From positions 22,508,001 through 22,572,000 of the forward strand of contig NC_058369.1 of assembly GCF_018350175.1 (NCBI RefSeq): a stretch of DNA of 64,000 bases. The letters run 5' to 3'. Numbering within the stretch: position 1 is the stretch's first letter; every line of letters starts with the position of its first letter. The position numbers were made by a program, and so were the translations under genes. Below are positions 49,001-61,892 of the stretch, in pieces. The notes under the pieces were generated by a model that worked only from the letters and a program-made list of their open reading frames with translations, had not been told where the DNA came from and searched no databases. Source of the DNA: Felis catus. Its lineage: Eukaryota.

Positions 49001-51334
49001 GTGGTTATAATTTTGATCAATTACTATGGCGATCTCATGCTGGCTCTTTATTTCATTTTATGTTTTATCTTATTCTAATACCAGGGTGCTTTTAGGCAAG
49101 CACGCGAGTACCAAATCACCTAACAATTATGAAATCTGTGGGGCACGTGCAAGCACAGTTGGTGTGTCCATTTTGTGGTGAAGACCTAGCCATGTATGAG
49201 GACGAACAAAAGTAAAAGAGACGTGGAATCATTACCCCAAGCACCTGCGGGCCCACCAGGTGTTTAGCTGTCCTGCAGCCTGGAGCACATGGTCCCAGGA
49301 GTGCAAGTTTGAGATTTGAGCCCTTTTCAGTCTTTGATTGATCCTCAGTTGGTGGTAGTGCTCACACTTAGGTTGATCAATATGTGACTTGGTGCGTTGG
49401 GCTTACTTAAAGAAGCGTATATTCTCACCAAGATCTTTTGTGTCCTGTCTGCTATTCATCCAGATTTACCATCATAGATGGCAACAAATGGACTTCTTCT
49501 TTGTCCGTGTTCATGTCGGTCAGGGGTCCTCCATGTTTCGCAGTCACAGTGCTAATTGAAATGGTCCTCCTCGGCGGAGACCCACAGCATCTTCTAGACA
49601 GAGGCTTTGAACAGATTCTGTGCTCCCTGGGACGCTCTGCTCTGACTGGGATGTTTGCTGTGGCTGAGACAGAGAAAAGATGAAATAAATGCTGTAAATG
49701 CCAGCCTGTGAATTAGCATCTGAGATCCTTTTAATGCAACTTTTATACAAGAGACATAATGGCCTATGTTTTATCTCGAGTGATTGCAGTCATGCTATTG
49801 CGTATCATTCGGAAAGAGACAGAGTTCCCCACGTCAGGCTTCTGGAAACACTGGTGGAGTCTTTATCAGCCTTCTTTGGTCCATTAAACAAAAGTTAGCG
49901 TCTCCTTCGAGAGAAGGAAATGATATAGAGGAAGAGGAGGGCTGCTTGATTTCCTGTGATTTTCCTGAGTATTTAGTGACCAGCAGACTGAGGTGGTTGT
50001 TCCTGAAATGTAAAGCCAGTCTCAGAGACCCCTCTGTGACACAGTCCTCTGTCTGGACCACAACCCCCCGCCTTGACAGATTAGGCATCTGCATCGCTGA
50101 TTTTTTTTAGGGGATTTCTGTGTGTGCAGCCAGCATGTCTGCTTTTCAGAAGAAAGTTATTTTACGGATACAAACTATGAGAAGAGTCCAGTGTGTTACC
50201 AATAAATGGTAAACATTTCAGTGTCCATTTGCTTTGGACATCCACCACTCATTAGGTGCTCATTCCAAGGCTGTTTAAATAAGGCATTAAATGTATAATG
50301 TGTATCAAATTTGTATGTTGCATACCTTCCTGGTTACCCTAAATCAAGATTATGGAAATAAACAGCTCAGAAGCCAGACTATTAATGGGCATTTCAAGGA
50401 CGTATCGGAAAGGAGAGCATTATCGTTTGACAAGAAATAGACGGCCATTTCTTTGTGCACTTCAGAGTGTTTATCTTGGCACCTAATATTGGAGAACAGT
50501 AGCCTCCGAAGGTTAAAAGAGCTGTTATCCATGTAAATGATCTGGACAGGCAAGCTGGGCAGGGCCGTAAGTGACTGTGGGTTCACAGAGCAGACCTCTG
50601 GTTATCCGTTGTAGGTGAAGCCAGTTGATATTCAGGGCTCGCACATGTCATTACCATTACACTTATTAGCTTCGTGCATGCGTGCATATGCCCGTGAAAA
50701 TGGATGCTGCTTATCACAGATTGTGCCAGATGCCGCCTGCTGATGGAGAAGACCACTCTCGGGCTGCCAGAGAGTGTGGCTTGAGGGACCCCACCAGGGT
50801 GCTGGGACAGAGCCAGTCCAGCTGGCACCTGAGATCTTGTAGGCAGCTGGAAGCTGAGGATCTTCTGAGACCAGGACCAGCTACATAATTTGCAGGGCTC
50901 AATGTGCAAGGGAAATATGGGGCTCCTCCTTCAAACACTAAGAAGAATTTAAAGATGATGACAGCAGAGCATTAAAGCACAGGGCCTGTTGGGTGCTGGG
51001 TGAAGTCCTCTACGGGGCAGGCCGTCCTCATTTCGGCTTTTTCTTTTCCCTGCTGGGTAGTTCGTCCTCTCAGCCTACTTGAACGTTCGCTCCCGCCACA
51101 GGCTAGAAGGTGTCCTTTGCCCGTCTTTGTTCATCCTCATAATAGGTGGAGAGCATGGAGCATTTTCAGAGATGCACTCCTTTGGAGATGCAGTGTTGGT
51201 AAAGGAAAGGTCACTAGCCTCGGAGCCCTGGCATTTGTCTTTTTATCTTTTCTGTAGGCGTTTCCTGAGTGGATTTGGGCAAATTGCTTAATCTCCTAGT
51301 AAAGACAGGTAGCGTCCACTCTGCAGGTCCCGCA

Positions 51335-51880
51335 TTCCAGGTATTGTGATAAGTACTTCACACGTGCCATCCGCCATCCCTAAGTTCTCCCAGCGACCGA
51401 ATGAGTCAGGGACTACCATTCACCCCATTTTACAGATCTGGAGCTTGAGGTTTGCTGAAGTTAAGCAGCCTTTCCAAGGTGATGGAGTGTGCTTACCTGG
51501 CTGCTGTGCTGGAGTTTCCCTTTGACCCTGTGTGACCTTTTTCAACCTCAGTTCTTGTTTGAAACAACTGTGGCTAATCCCTGCGCTTCTCCACCTCCTG
51601 GGTGTCTGGGAGGATTAAATGAGGTAACAGCTGAGAAGTTACTTCAGGAACTGAAAGCCTCGATAACAGCAGAGAAGACAGGTGTAGAGTCAGAGGGACT
51701 GGGATTGGAGTCCCAAATCTGCCGTTTCCTAGCTGGGTTGCCTCGTAGTTTAACATTTCTGAACCTGTACCCTCAAACGTGAAAGGAGACCAGCACCTTC
51801 TACGTTGTAGGCTGTAGTGAGGATTAAATGGAATAAAGTGCAAAAAACACTTAGCATGGTGCCTGGTATGCGAAAGCCTC
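51335..51880. mobile_element. Cluster of MIR fragments in both orientations
   Basis: ccccattttacagat core (-); gtgaggattaaatg...aaacacttagcatggtgcctgg (+). Confidence 0.65.
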
Positions 51881-54800
51881 CCGGCAGGGATTGGTTGAGG
51901 TCATGATTGGTTGCATGATATGAATAGAGGGTCTTCAGGTAACCTTCCCTGAGCATCCGTGGGGCCTGGCTCACAGATATGTGTGACTAAATGAGCAAGT
52001 GCACGAATGGGTGGGTGAGTGCTGGGTGCCAGCGTGTTGGCAGGTGATCCCACCTCCCACCTGACGGGGAGGAGCTTGTGGACCCCAGCGGGAGGAGGCG
52101 GGAGGAGGCGGGAGGAGGCTATGTGGAGGCAGCCTCCCCCCAGACATGCCCTCCTCTCCTTGAGGTCAGCTCTCTTCTCCCTGAGGGTCATGAGCGGAAC
52201 CCCTCACACATCGGGCTTGAAGAACTGCCTCAGGGTCTCCCTGTTACCTTCTTCCTGGCTCACCCTGCTGTGGGGGCAGTGGGTCAGGCTGAGGAGTGGC
52301 TGCCTGTGCCCCAGTGTTCAGGGTGCGGCTAAAGCCATAGGAGAGCCCAGGAGAGCCATAGGAGAGCCGCCTCGCTGGGGCGCGGGGGGGGGGGGCACAT
52401 CCAGGAGCCAGCCATGGACACTCATTGATCCGAATGCCCTCTCGGAGAGCATTCCAGGTATTTCCTCCCACCTGCTAGACTTCTCCCAACAGCTTCCTAG
52501 GTGGTGGCCCTGGAGACCAGCAGGGGACAGGGCACCTCACTGGGCAGGGGGTCTTTTCTCCTGTCGGGACAGGGAGGTGCAGTGATGCATGGGGACTGCC
52601 ATCTGCCACCAAGTCGCAGGAGGCACTGAAAGGCATTCTGTGTCCCTTGGCCCTTCCCACTGGCCCTGCCTGTGTTTCAGAGCTTGCTTGGTACATCCTG
52701 TTGTTGTGTTTGGCCTGTGAGCCTCTGCAGTTCTCTGCTGGTCTCCTTGAAGATGTTGAAGGAGTGACGCGGGCCACCCCGGTTTGTACAGACATAGGCA
52801 CCAACACTTGGAAGTCATGGTGGGGGGTGCTATTGTAGATGCATAACTTTAGAAAATTGTTTATGCACGCAGCCCTTGTAACCAGCAGTGAAAATCAGTA
52901 AGAAGTCGGGCATGAAGGTGAACATGCAGAAGCTGTGGTAGTTCCCCTTGGGCCAGGTAGTTCAGAAAAGTGCCCAAGCACCATTCGTGCCCAGAAATGT
53001 TACAGAGCATCAGAGTCTGACAGCACCAGCAGCTTCTTGAAATCCACCAAGGTCATAACCAGCTTAGGTAAACAGATGGTTGATGGGGGCTGGATAGGAA
53101 GGAGATGGACTTTTTTTTTTCTTCTGAGTGTTCACGAGCCAAGTGTTCTTTGTATGAAAGCAGATCATGTAAGGCATCTGATGTGGTCGTTAGTTCTCCT
53201 GGAGGCGGCCCACCTTACCGCCTCTCCCAGGTGAGGCTTGTAGCTCAGCTGGCCACGCGGTGAGGCTGGGACTCACATGAGTTCATGTTGACCCCCCCAA
53301 GCCTTTGACTTTCCTTTACAGCACATGCCGGCTGTGTGGTCTGATCCCACCTGAGCACACGCTTCGGCGGGGTCTGCAGGGCCACAGCAGGATGAGAAGG
53401 GCTGGGTAGGTGGGGATGCCAGAGGCCTTGTGTGTGCTTGGGTGGGGTTTCGAGATATTTGCTCTTTGGGCAGTGAGGCCAGGAAGGGCTCTCTGACCTC
53501 CAGCGTGGGCTGTGCCTTTCGTGGGACAGAAATGGTTCCTAGGGGAGCGTGGGCAGGGTTGGCTGGTCTGGCCCTGGCTGGCAGGGGGGAGGTGGCAGTG
53601 TCGGACACCTTAAGGCCTCTTCTCAGCCTGGAGGGCACAGCTGCCAAGGAAGAGAGTGACCTTGTGGGATCCCCAAGCAGGATGCAGTCTCAGCTAAGAC
53701 AAGAGGACTGAGCAGTTCTGCCAAAACCGGGGAGCATTTACCTCCATGTTTTCCCTGAAAAGTCAAACCTGCTCTTCATCTCTTGGCTCAGGTCTCTAAA
53801 TATGGCAAATGTGGTATCATACACTTACTGATTTGACATATTTTTCTGAGACTTTGGTGTTTTGCATTAAAATGGAGTGAAAGGTGTAATTGGCCTGTGG
53901 AATTGCCCTGAGTCTAGACCTTCCCCTGATGTAAACTTGACCCTGCATTTCCTTCTTGACAGCTGCTCACTCTTGGCTCCCAGGAGGGAGCCAAGTGTCT
54001 GGTTTTAGAAAAATCTAGATTTCTATTACGATGAGCTTGAGCAGCTGAAAAGAGATTTTTAAAAAGAGCACGGGCTTTGGAGCTGAATTCTGCTCTCCCA
54101 GTCACTAGTTTTACCTCCCTGGGCCTTTGGTTTGCTCACTGGCAATACAGAACTAATAATAAAAGCACCTGTGTCATAGGCGTTGGGGAGGATTGGATGC
54201 TATAACCCACACGAAGTGTTTGGAACAATATGTGGCACATGGGAAGCCTCACTGCCCTGGCTTCTCTTGTTTGTAGTGTCCCACCTCATTTTTAATGAAG
54301 AGCAGGAGAGACTTCAGGAATTTTAGTCACTTTGACCCCATGATGAGTTCATAAAATTAAGACAGCATATGGCGTACGCATTTAATGCAACAAAGGCACC
54401 ATTGCAAACAAAAGCATTTATTATGTCCCCAGGGAGGTGGATTGCTTTTGCTTTCTTTCCCGAATTCTTCTAATCTAGTCCCTTGTACAGTAAAGGTGGG
54501 AAGTTTTGGGACACAAGTTTGTTCTTGCTATAACATTGTACTGTAATTTGCAAAGCAAGGGGAGACTCAGAAACACCGGGCAGGGCTTTGGCTCTTTGTA
54601 CCTGCACCATCCGTAATGCCTTTTCTATTGTGTTGTTGAGGCAGAGGCAGAAAAACAGTGTAAAAAGAACAATAGGTGTGGGAGGCAATAAATCCATTGG
54701 AAGTAGGTAGTCTTTGGCCACGAGTCATAACATACAGCTTTACTCTTAGCCTCCTACCACTTTCCATTATCGGTGAAATTTCTATTAACACAATATGATT

Positions 54801-55000
54801 ACATTATGTGCAAACAGCTCAGTGGGCATAGGTTTTTGCCCCACTGACAGTCATGTGGCTTCTTGGATGGTAATGCTAAAGTTGGAATATTCTTTTTTCT
54901 CAATTTTGGCCTGCGCCCCTGTCAGAATGCTGTGCTTTTGTACACCAGCACAGAGGACACTGTTTAAGGGACTCACTGTCAGGCAACCAGTCAAATGCAC

Positions 55001-55002
<2 letters not shown>

Positions 55003-55031
<29 letters not shown>
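55003..55031. repeat. (TG)n microsatellite
   Basis: Direct reading. Confidence 0.92.
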
Positions 55032-55035
<4 letters not shown>

Positions 55036-55371
55036 AATATACACGGGCTATTTCCCTGTGTAGATTAAAACTGGTGTCTACTTTAAAATCTCAAGATCTG
55101 TGGCCAAGTGTGAGTATTTCTGAATATTAGGAGTCACTTGGTCACCCTGAAATAAGCTGTAATCCTCTCAGGAAAGGGCTCACAGCTCACTAATCTTTTG
55201 AAAAAAGCCAGCGATATACATTTGCCAGAACAGGAATTTCAAAATTATGGAGCCACAGCTGGATTTTCTACTTAAATTGCAAGATTTTCAGTTTTTGTGT
55301 GAAACAAATACCCTATGAATGTTAAAAATATATAGACTTGGAAAGAAATCAAGGGATTATTGATTGAAAAC

Positions 55372-55567
55372 TTTTTTTTAAAAAATGTTTATTTATTTAT
55401 TTTGAGAGAGCGAGTGAGAGAGAGAGCACGAGAGAGCACAAGTAGGGGAGAGGTAGAGAGAGAATCCCAAGCAGGCTCCACACGGTCAGTGCGGAGCTCC
55501 ATGTGGGGCTTGAACTCAAGAACTGTAAGATCATGACCTGAGCTGAAGTTGGACGCTTAACCGACTT
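55372..55567 (-). mobile_element. Can-SINE, 5' end missing
   Basis: The body stops at cttaaccgact without the terminal gagccacccaggcgcccc; no TSD seen. Confidence 0.9.
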
Positions 55568-55599
55568 ACAAGGGAGGCGGTTGGTCTTGGGAAGGCAGA

Positions 55600-56210
55600 A
55601 ATGTGTTGGTGAAAGTCTGGATCTGAGTCAGGCTAATCCAGATTTGAATCCACTGCTACCACTGACTAATCGTATGACCCTGACGAGTCAGTCATCGAAC
55701 CTCACTGTTCTTATCTGTCAAATGGGCACAATGATACTAACGTCTAGGGTGGAGTTGGGAAGTCCAAATGAGAAGATGTACATAAGATGCTTAGCAATAG
55801 TGGCTCACAGGAAGCGTTTGGAAAAGGTGGGCTGTTGTCACCATTCCCCAGGAGCTGCTCCCGCATACCTGGGCCTGCTGGCTGCTGGAGATAGTGGTTT
55901 GTCCACTTGGGGGAGTGCTGATATCGGGACACTGGAGGCCTTATTCGGAGACCTCCATTGAAGCTGCTCACCGCTGAGCTCCACAAGGGCGTCTTAGAAA
56001 GTGATCATAATACTGATACAGGTGATTTGTATGTTGTGCCATGTGCTTCATTTGCATTATTTAATGCCTCACAACCACTCCTGAGGTCGGTTCCGTCACC
56101 ACCTCCATTTTAGAGATGCAGAAGCCAAAACAGAGAGTGTAACTTTGCCCCAGGTTCCCCAGCTCCAAGTGGCAAAAGCAGGCTTAGAACTTGGGTCTTG
56201 TGAGTCCTGT
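55600..56210. mobile_element. Two MIR copies (+ ~55600-55830; - ~56010-56210)
   Basis: atctgtcaaatgggcacaatgatac; ttaatgcctcacaaccact...ctccattttagagatgcagaagcc. Confidence 0.65.
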
Positions 56211-56395
56211 TCAGGTGCATGGGCTGGGGCATCTGGGTATTTCTAGGACCAGCATGTTTTGGTCCTAGCCTGGTATTGGCTCATTTGGACAGTTGGTGGA
56301 AGCTTCTTCCTCATCCTTAATGTTTCCCCTTTGGAATTTTTAGTGGATGCATTGTCGTTTGCTTTCATAATACAGAATTTAAAAAGGAGCAACAA

Positions 56396-56621
56396 GGGCG
56401 CCTGAGTGCCTCAGTCGGTTAAGCGTCCGACTTCGGCTCAGGTCATGATCTCACGGTCCGTGAGTTCGAGCCCCGTGTCGGGCTCTCTGCTGACAGCTCA
56501 GAGCCTGGAGCCCGTTTCAGATTCTGTGTCTCCCTCTCTCTCTGCCCCTCCCCTGTTCATGGTCTGTCTCTCTCTGTCTCAAAAATAAATAAACGTTAAA
56601 AAAAATAAAAAAAAAATAACA
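56396..56621 (+). mobile_element. Can-SINE
   Basis: Perfect 16-bp TSD taaaaaggagcaacaa at 56380-56395 and 56622-56637. Confidence 0.96.
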
Positions 56622-57844
56622 TAAAAAGGAGCAACAATGAGGGAAGGGCCCAGTAAGCCTTCTAGCTTTCTACAGTTTCCTTTTTTATTATAATAACATG
56701 ATGCTGCTTGTCTTTTGATTTCCTTTGAGGGTCAGCCAGCCCTCTCCACATCAGGTCTGACTCTTAAGAAGCCTTTCTGAGAATCTTCATTGAATTTGGC
56801 TCAGTTTCCCTTTTTGTGTTCCCCATTATGGAAACGGATGATCCTGTGGAAGAGCCTGCTTGGGCTCCAGGACCCTGGTACGAGATGCATCTGGCTTGGA
56901 GCCCCAGTGTAGCCCTTCTTTGCTTCACTTCTGGCCCTTGGGTTCCTTACCTATAAATTGGGGTCATGGTGAGAATCACCTGTGGTGGCATGTTCGCAGT
57001 TTTAGTGCCCAATAGATTTCACCTCCTAGGTTTTTGACGTGCTCATTCTCTGTCTATCTTTCCTGGGTGTTTGTTGGTGCTCCCCTCCCCCCACCCCGCC
57101 TCGGGGAAGGAACAGTTCTGTTTTTCTGCTTGATTGACGACCAGCTTGAAGGCCACAGCCCTTAGACCCACTAGGGTCAGTTTTATTTTGCATAGAATGA
57201 GTCCGGAAGATCTGTTCATGCCCCTGGCAGCCCTGGGGATATGCAATATCCTGAGGATCCCTTATCTCTTCCTGTGGGGAGTGTCAAGAAGGAGGCAGGT
57301 AACTAGACCTTAAATTCTCCAAGGGCAGACTTGCTCTTTTTGATGGGAGAGGCACTTAGCACAGAGCTATCTTTAGGGTGGGGTTCAGGGGTTGTTGGTG
57401 GAATGTACAGATTAAACAAAGGAAGAACCTTGCCGGGCCTTTTTTTCTGGTGCTCACATGCTGGTGATCAGAATAAGAACACTGTTGAGCACAGGCCAAG
57501 AACTAGGTCCTTCACATCTCTTTCCCCATTTACTCTCTCGTACTGGGTTTTATGAATCCTCAGCATCAGGCGTGGATGCCGCAAAAAGTCGGGGGCTGCC
57601 TCCTGGCTGCAGCAAGCCAGCTCGGAAGCCCTGCAAGCAGGTCCCTCGCCCACAGCCCTCTTGGTGCCAGCAGGCACTGCCAGACATCCGAGCCAGCTGG
57701 TCCTCACTTCTTCCAGCCTGCGACCCCCTCGCCCCTGGGGAGCATCCCTGCCGCATCCTGAACACACGGCCGTGTCTCGCCCAGAAGCCTCCTTACCAGG
57801 CTGAGGGGTCCCGGCCCCTCCGCAGCGCCAAGCCGAGCAGCTGC

Positions 57845-57897
57845 GGCGGGAGGACCGCAGTGCCGGGCGGGAGCACCGCAGTGCCGGGCGGGTGCAC
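57845..57897. repeat. 21-bp GC-rich tandem repeat, ~2.5 copies (ggcgggagSaccgcagtgccg)
   Basis: Units at 57845-57865 and 57866-57886, partial unit at 57887-57897. Confidence 0.9.
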
Positions 57898-59784
57898 GAA
57901 GAGCACCAAGCGAGACTGATGGGGCCTCCGCCGCAGCCGCCACCGTCAACCTGGGGGAGGCAACTCGGCGAAGGCAATTAGGAAGCTGCTGCAGCTAATT
58001 CCATGAAGTGCTCAAATGCCACATTCCCAGTGACATTAGGGACAAATGTGAATTGTAATTTCTATCCCTTTCACCTTCTCCGAGGCCCTGCCGGTGTCAG
58101 GATGCTGCACAGTGTTTGCTGGGCTTGGTTTCTCCTTCTCTTTGCAGGTTTCTTTTATTTTGCATGTGTTTGTTTATTTGTTTGCCTATTCTTTACATCA
58201 CCGGGACTGGGTTTCTGAGTGTGCGTCGTGGGCGATCGGGAGCTTATTGTCCGCTGCATGCAACCGCAGCGTCCACAGGGCAGCATTACCCGCTCTCGGA
58301 CGGCGTCCTGGCTGCAGCCTGCATGGCTGGTCCCCCCACCTCCCTGTACGAAGGCAAGGCACGGTGGGAGAGGCCAGACAGCCAGGCGGGGTTATTTGCA
58401 TTTGCTTTTGAGTCCTGAAGGTGCCGTTGTCTATTCTCGTCCCCAGGCCTGGCCCGCGGATATGCTGAAAGCTTGCACCAAGCACAGCCCCTCTGAGATT
58501 AGGGGAGCAGCTGGTTGGGAAGTGGGAATTAAATTACGTGGATTTAATGGAGGGGCAGTTTTGTCAGAAGATGTTAAGCTCCAGCCCACTTCCCCTAGTA
58601 TCAGGTCCGACACTATTGCATTTCTCAGGCTTACGGAGGAGTTCCCGTCCAGCTCCTCGTGGGACATCACTCTGCGGGGAGGCTAGGAGGCTGCCTTGGG
58701 TGGTCTTTGCTCCTGTGTCACATCACACCTGGGATTTGCCGCGTGGCACGCATTGACCGTGATCTGACGCCTACCTCCTACCTTCATGCTGATTTGGACT
58801 ACTCAGAAGGGCATGAGCTTCAAGCTGTGGGGGGGTGGGGGGGGTCGGTTCCAAGCTTGGGGCACATCTTGGGGACCAGTCCCTCCAGCCCTGGGTGCTT
58901 GAGCCTGGTGGCATGGCCCATGTCACAGTGAATCCAGAATGGGCCAGGCCTGGAGCACTGGCGTTTTTACTGCCAGTTCGTATATTGATCAGAGCGCCGA
59001 GACCACAGAGGGAAGGAAGGCTCCACGTCCCACAGTGGGCTCCTTGGAGGATGGAGAGAGACAGCCTCTAGCCTCAGCCTGGCCCATGCCTGTCCAAGCC
59101 CCACCGCTGGACCCCGCAGGAAGCCTGTTCTTTTGCGGCCTCTCCTCTGATCCAGCCACGTGTAGGCCTGAATTTCACGTAGAGGAAATGTTCCCTTAGT
59201 GTGTCTGTTTTTAACTGCCCAAATATTTTGTCCCAGTGTATCATGGGGAACATTCCCCTTATGAGTACAATCTACGTTAAATGAAGGGAGTAGGAGACAG
59301 ACAGTCAACAAAAGCGTTTATTCAGCATTGATAAACCCATCTGGAAACCCGAGACGTCAGCCTTCTCCTTTTCCACAATAGAGGTTCAACTGACCAAGTG
59401 CTTCGTTTTGGGTAGAATATCTTGGTTTGGGAAAATCTTTAGCTGTCTTAACAGACTTACAAGAACACATTTGCTTTTGACCCAATGTTGGAAATATTTT
59501 CTTCCTTCCCTCACTCCCTTCCTGCTTCGATAAACACCCATTGAATACGCAGTGAGGCGTGTGGAGTTGTGTTTGGTGCCACAATCCCTTTGCCACTGTG
59601 GCCACCTTTGCATCCTTTGGCCATGCGTGCTTCGGTGACAGCACACTGCTTGCGGTCCCGAAACGCATCAGGCTGTGTCACGCCTCTGTGCCTCGGCCCA
59701 TGCAACTCCCGCCATCCACACTGCTGACCCCGTTGCCCTTGTCTGACTGCTGAGCCCTGCCTCTCGAGGAGGTCAGACTTCACG

Positions 59785-59950
59785 CTGAAATATCACCTGG
59801 GGAACTTATTAAAATGCATTATTCCAGTGTCCTACCCCAGAGATTTGGACTCAGTAAGCTCGACCCAGGGCCTTGGAATCTGCATTCTAGCAAACATCTT
59901 CGGTAATTCTGTTGTTGGTGGTCCAGAGACCGTGCTTTGAGAAATGCCCT
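59785..59950. mobile_element. MER5-like hAT-Charlie MITE
   Basis: atcacctggggaacttattaaaatgca...ggaatctgcattctagcaa...ctttgagaaa. Confidence 0.75.
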
Positions 59951-60639
59951 TTGAATCCCACCCCTGGGAAGTCTTCTGGATTCCCCTAAAGAGACTGAAT
60001 CATTCCCTCTCTTTCCTGCTGAGGGGAAATGTGCACATCGTCCTACCGTGGTTTGCTTAAGTGTCCGTGTGTGTGAAGTCTGTGCTCGGTCCCTGAACCC
60101 AGGCTTCCTCAGCGGGCATGGCATGAATGGAGATTTTCTCTGCAGTGGAGAAGGGGGCTTTAGAACAAGTCAGGCATTTTATCTTTTAAGTCAGAAGGTA
60201 CCCAGGAGCACATCTGATTGTTGAAGCAGTTTGTTTAGAAATCACTGAGCAGAGTTGAAATGGCCATTCTCCAATTTGTAAGATGGAGAGAAATTTGTTG
60301 ACCTGTCACCGATGGCTTTTCTTCCTACCAAATAGGTTACCAGGACCTTTAACAGAAAATTGGTGAACATCAATATGAAAGATGCCGTCTGCTTTCCATA
60401 AAAGGCTGCTTCTCATCTCCCTGGTACGAGAATTGCTCTCCCAGGGTCCTCTTGGGCACAAAACTGCATTTTTCCTAAGTCTGCAGCTTTCAGAGTTTTT
60501 TGACCGTGACCCAAAGTAAGAGATACATGGTTCAGTGCAACCATTGCACATGACTTAACATGTGCAACGTAAGTTTCATGCAACATTACTTAGCCTTCCT
60601 TGCTGTGCAATCTGGTCTATTGGACTGGACTCTGATTCT

Positions 60640-60728
60640 ATTTTTCTCTTTTCTTTTCTCTTTTCTTTTCTTTTCTTTTCTTTTCTTTTCTTTTCTTTTC
60701 TTTTCTTTTCTTTTCTTTTCTTTTCTTT
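60640..60728. repeat. (CTTTT)n microsatellite
   Basis: Direct reading. Confidence 0.93.
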
Positions 60729-60944
60729 CGTATTCATTTGTAACCTACTATGTTCTTTCTATTCTATTCATTTTGGAAGGCTGGCTGTGACCAATACATT
60801 GATTTTACAGCCTAATAAATATGTTAAGAGAATAACAGTGCCCTCAGTGTTACTAGGGTAAATTACAGGCGGGTTCGTTTTCATACTGGGAGGTGCAGCA
60901 TTGAGTCTGGGACTAACGCTGCGTTTTCCAATAGTGGTAGATAA

Positions 60945-61150
60945 GGTTTATCAGCTATGCTAAGCTCTCTGTATAAATTTCATTTTACCTTCTCAACAAT
61001 CCCACGAGACAGGTACTTTGATAGCCTCATTTTCTACATGAGGACACTTAGGTTCAGGGAGGTGAAGGGACTTGCCCAAGGTCACAGAGTTAGTAAGTGG
61101 TGGCATTGGTTCTTGAACTCAGGGCTGTCTGACTGTGACGCCTGTTCTTA
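60945..61150 (-). mobile_element. MIR SINE
   Basis: cctcattttctacatgaggacacttaggttcagggaggtgaagggacttgcccaaggtcacag. Confidence 0.8.
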
Positions 61151-61857
61151 CCTGTTTGCATTTGCCTCTTCCTATTGCCAGCAGCCAGCTCAGTTGGTCA
61201 CAGGTGTTACCATGTGGGCAGCCCAGCTAGAGGCGATATGTGGGTGGCATGATGGGGAGCGACGGGGAGGAAATGTGAGAGACAGGGAGGAGAGTGGAAG
61301 AGGCGGGTTTGGGAAGCATACGGTGAGCCAAGTGGCCTTCAGAACACCTGATATTTTACTTAGCACTCACAGAATTTACAAAGAGTTTGTCCATCTATGT
61401 TAGATGGGCCTCCTGCTCTTAGAGCATCCACTACATCTGGTATTTGTTATTGCACCTGCTGGCAGTTACTTGCTTTCTCATCTCCTTCTCTGACCAGGTG
61501 TTGTCTTTCTGAGGCTGGGGATGATGCCTTGTCCTTGGCAAGGCCAGGACCTGGTCCTGGCGGATGCTCCATGAGTGTTTGGTGAATGGACAAGTGCATA
61601 GGGAGCTCTTGTGATTTAATCTTCACAATAGCCCATGAGTAGTATCCCATCCTCATACTGTATTTGAGAAAACAGAGCCCAAGATCATGAAGCTAGTGAC
61701 AGAGAAGCAGGTAGAGGACCACCCCGTCCCCCAGATGCAGATGTGACTATTGTACTCATATTTGTTTGTGGAAGGTTGGTTTGGTTATTCTACCTCCTTC
61801 CAAGAATTTATCTTCCTACCATTTGGATCTGAGTTTTCTGAGCTGGGTTTCCTGTTT

Positions 61858-61892
<35 letters not shown>

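Noticed and set aside
57845..57897. Direct repeats as a CRISPR-like array
   Set aside because: Contiguous tandem units without spacers, in a mammalian intron
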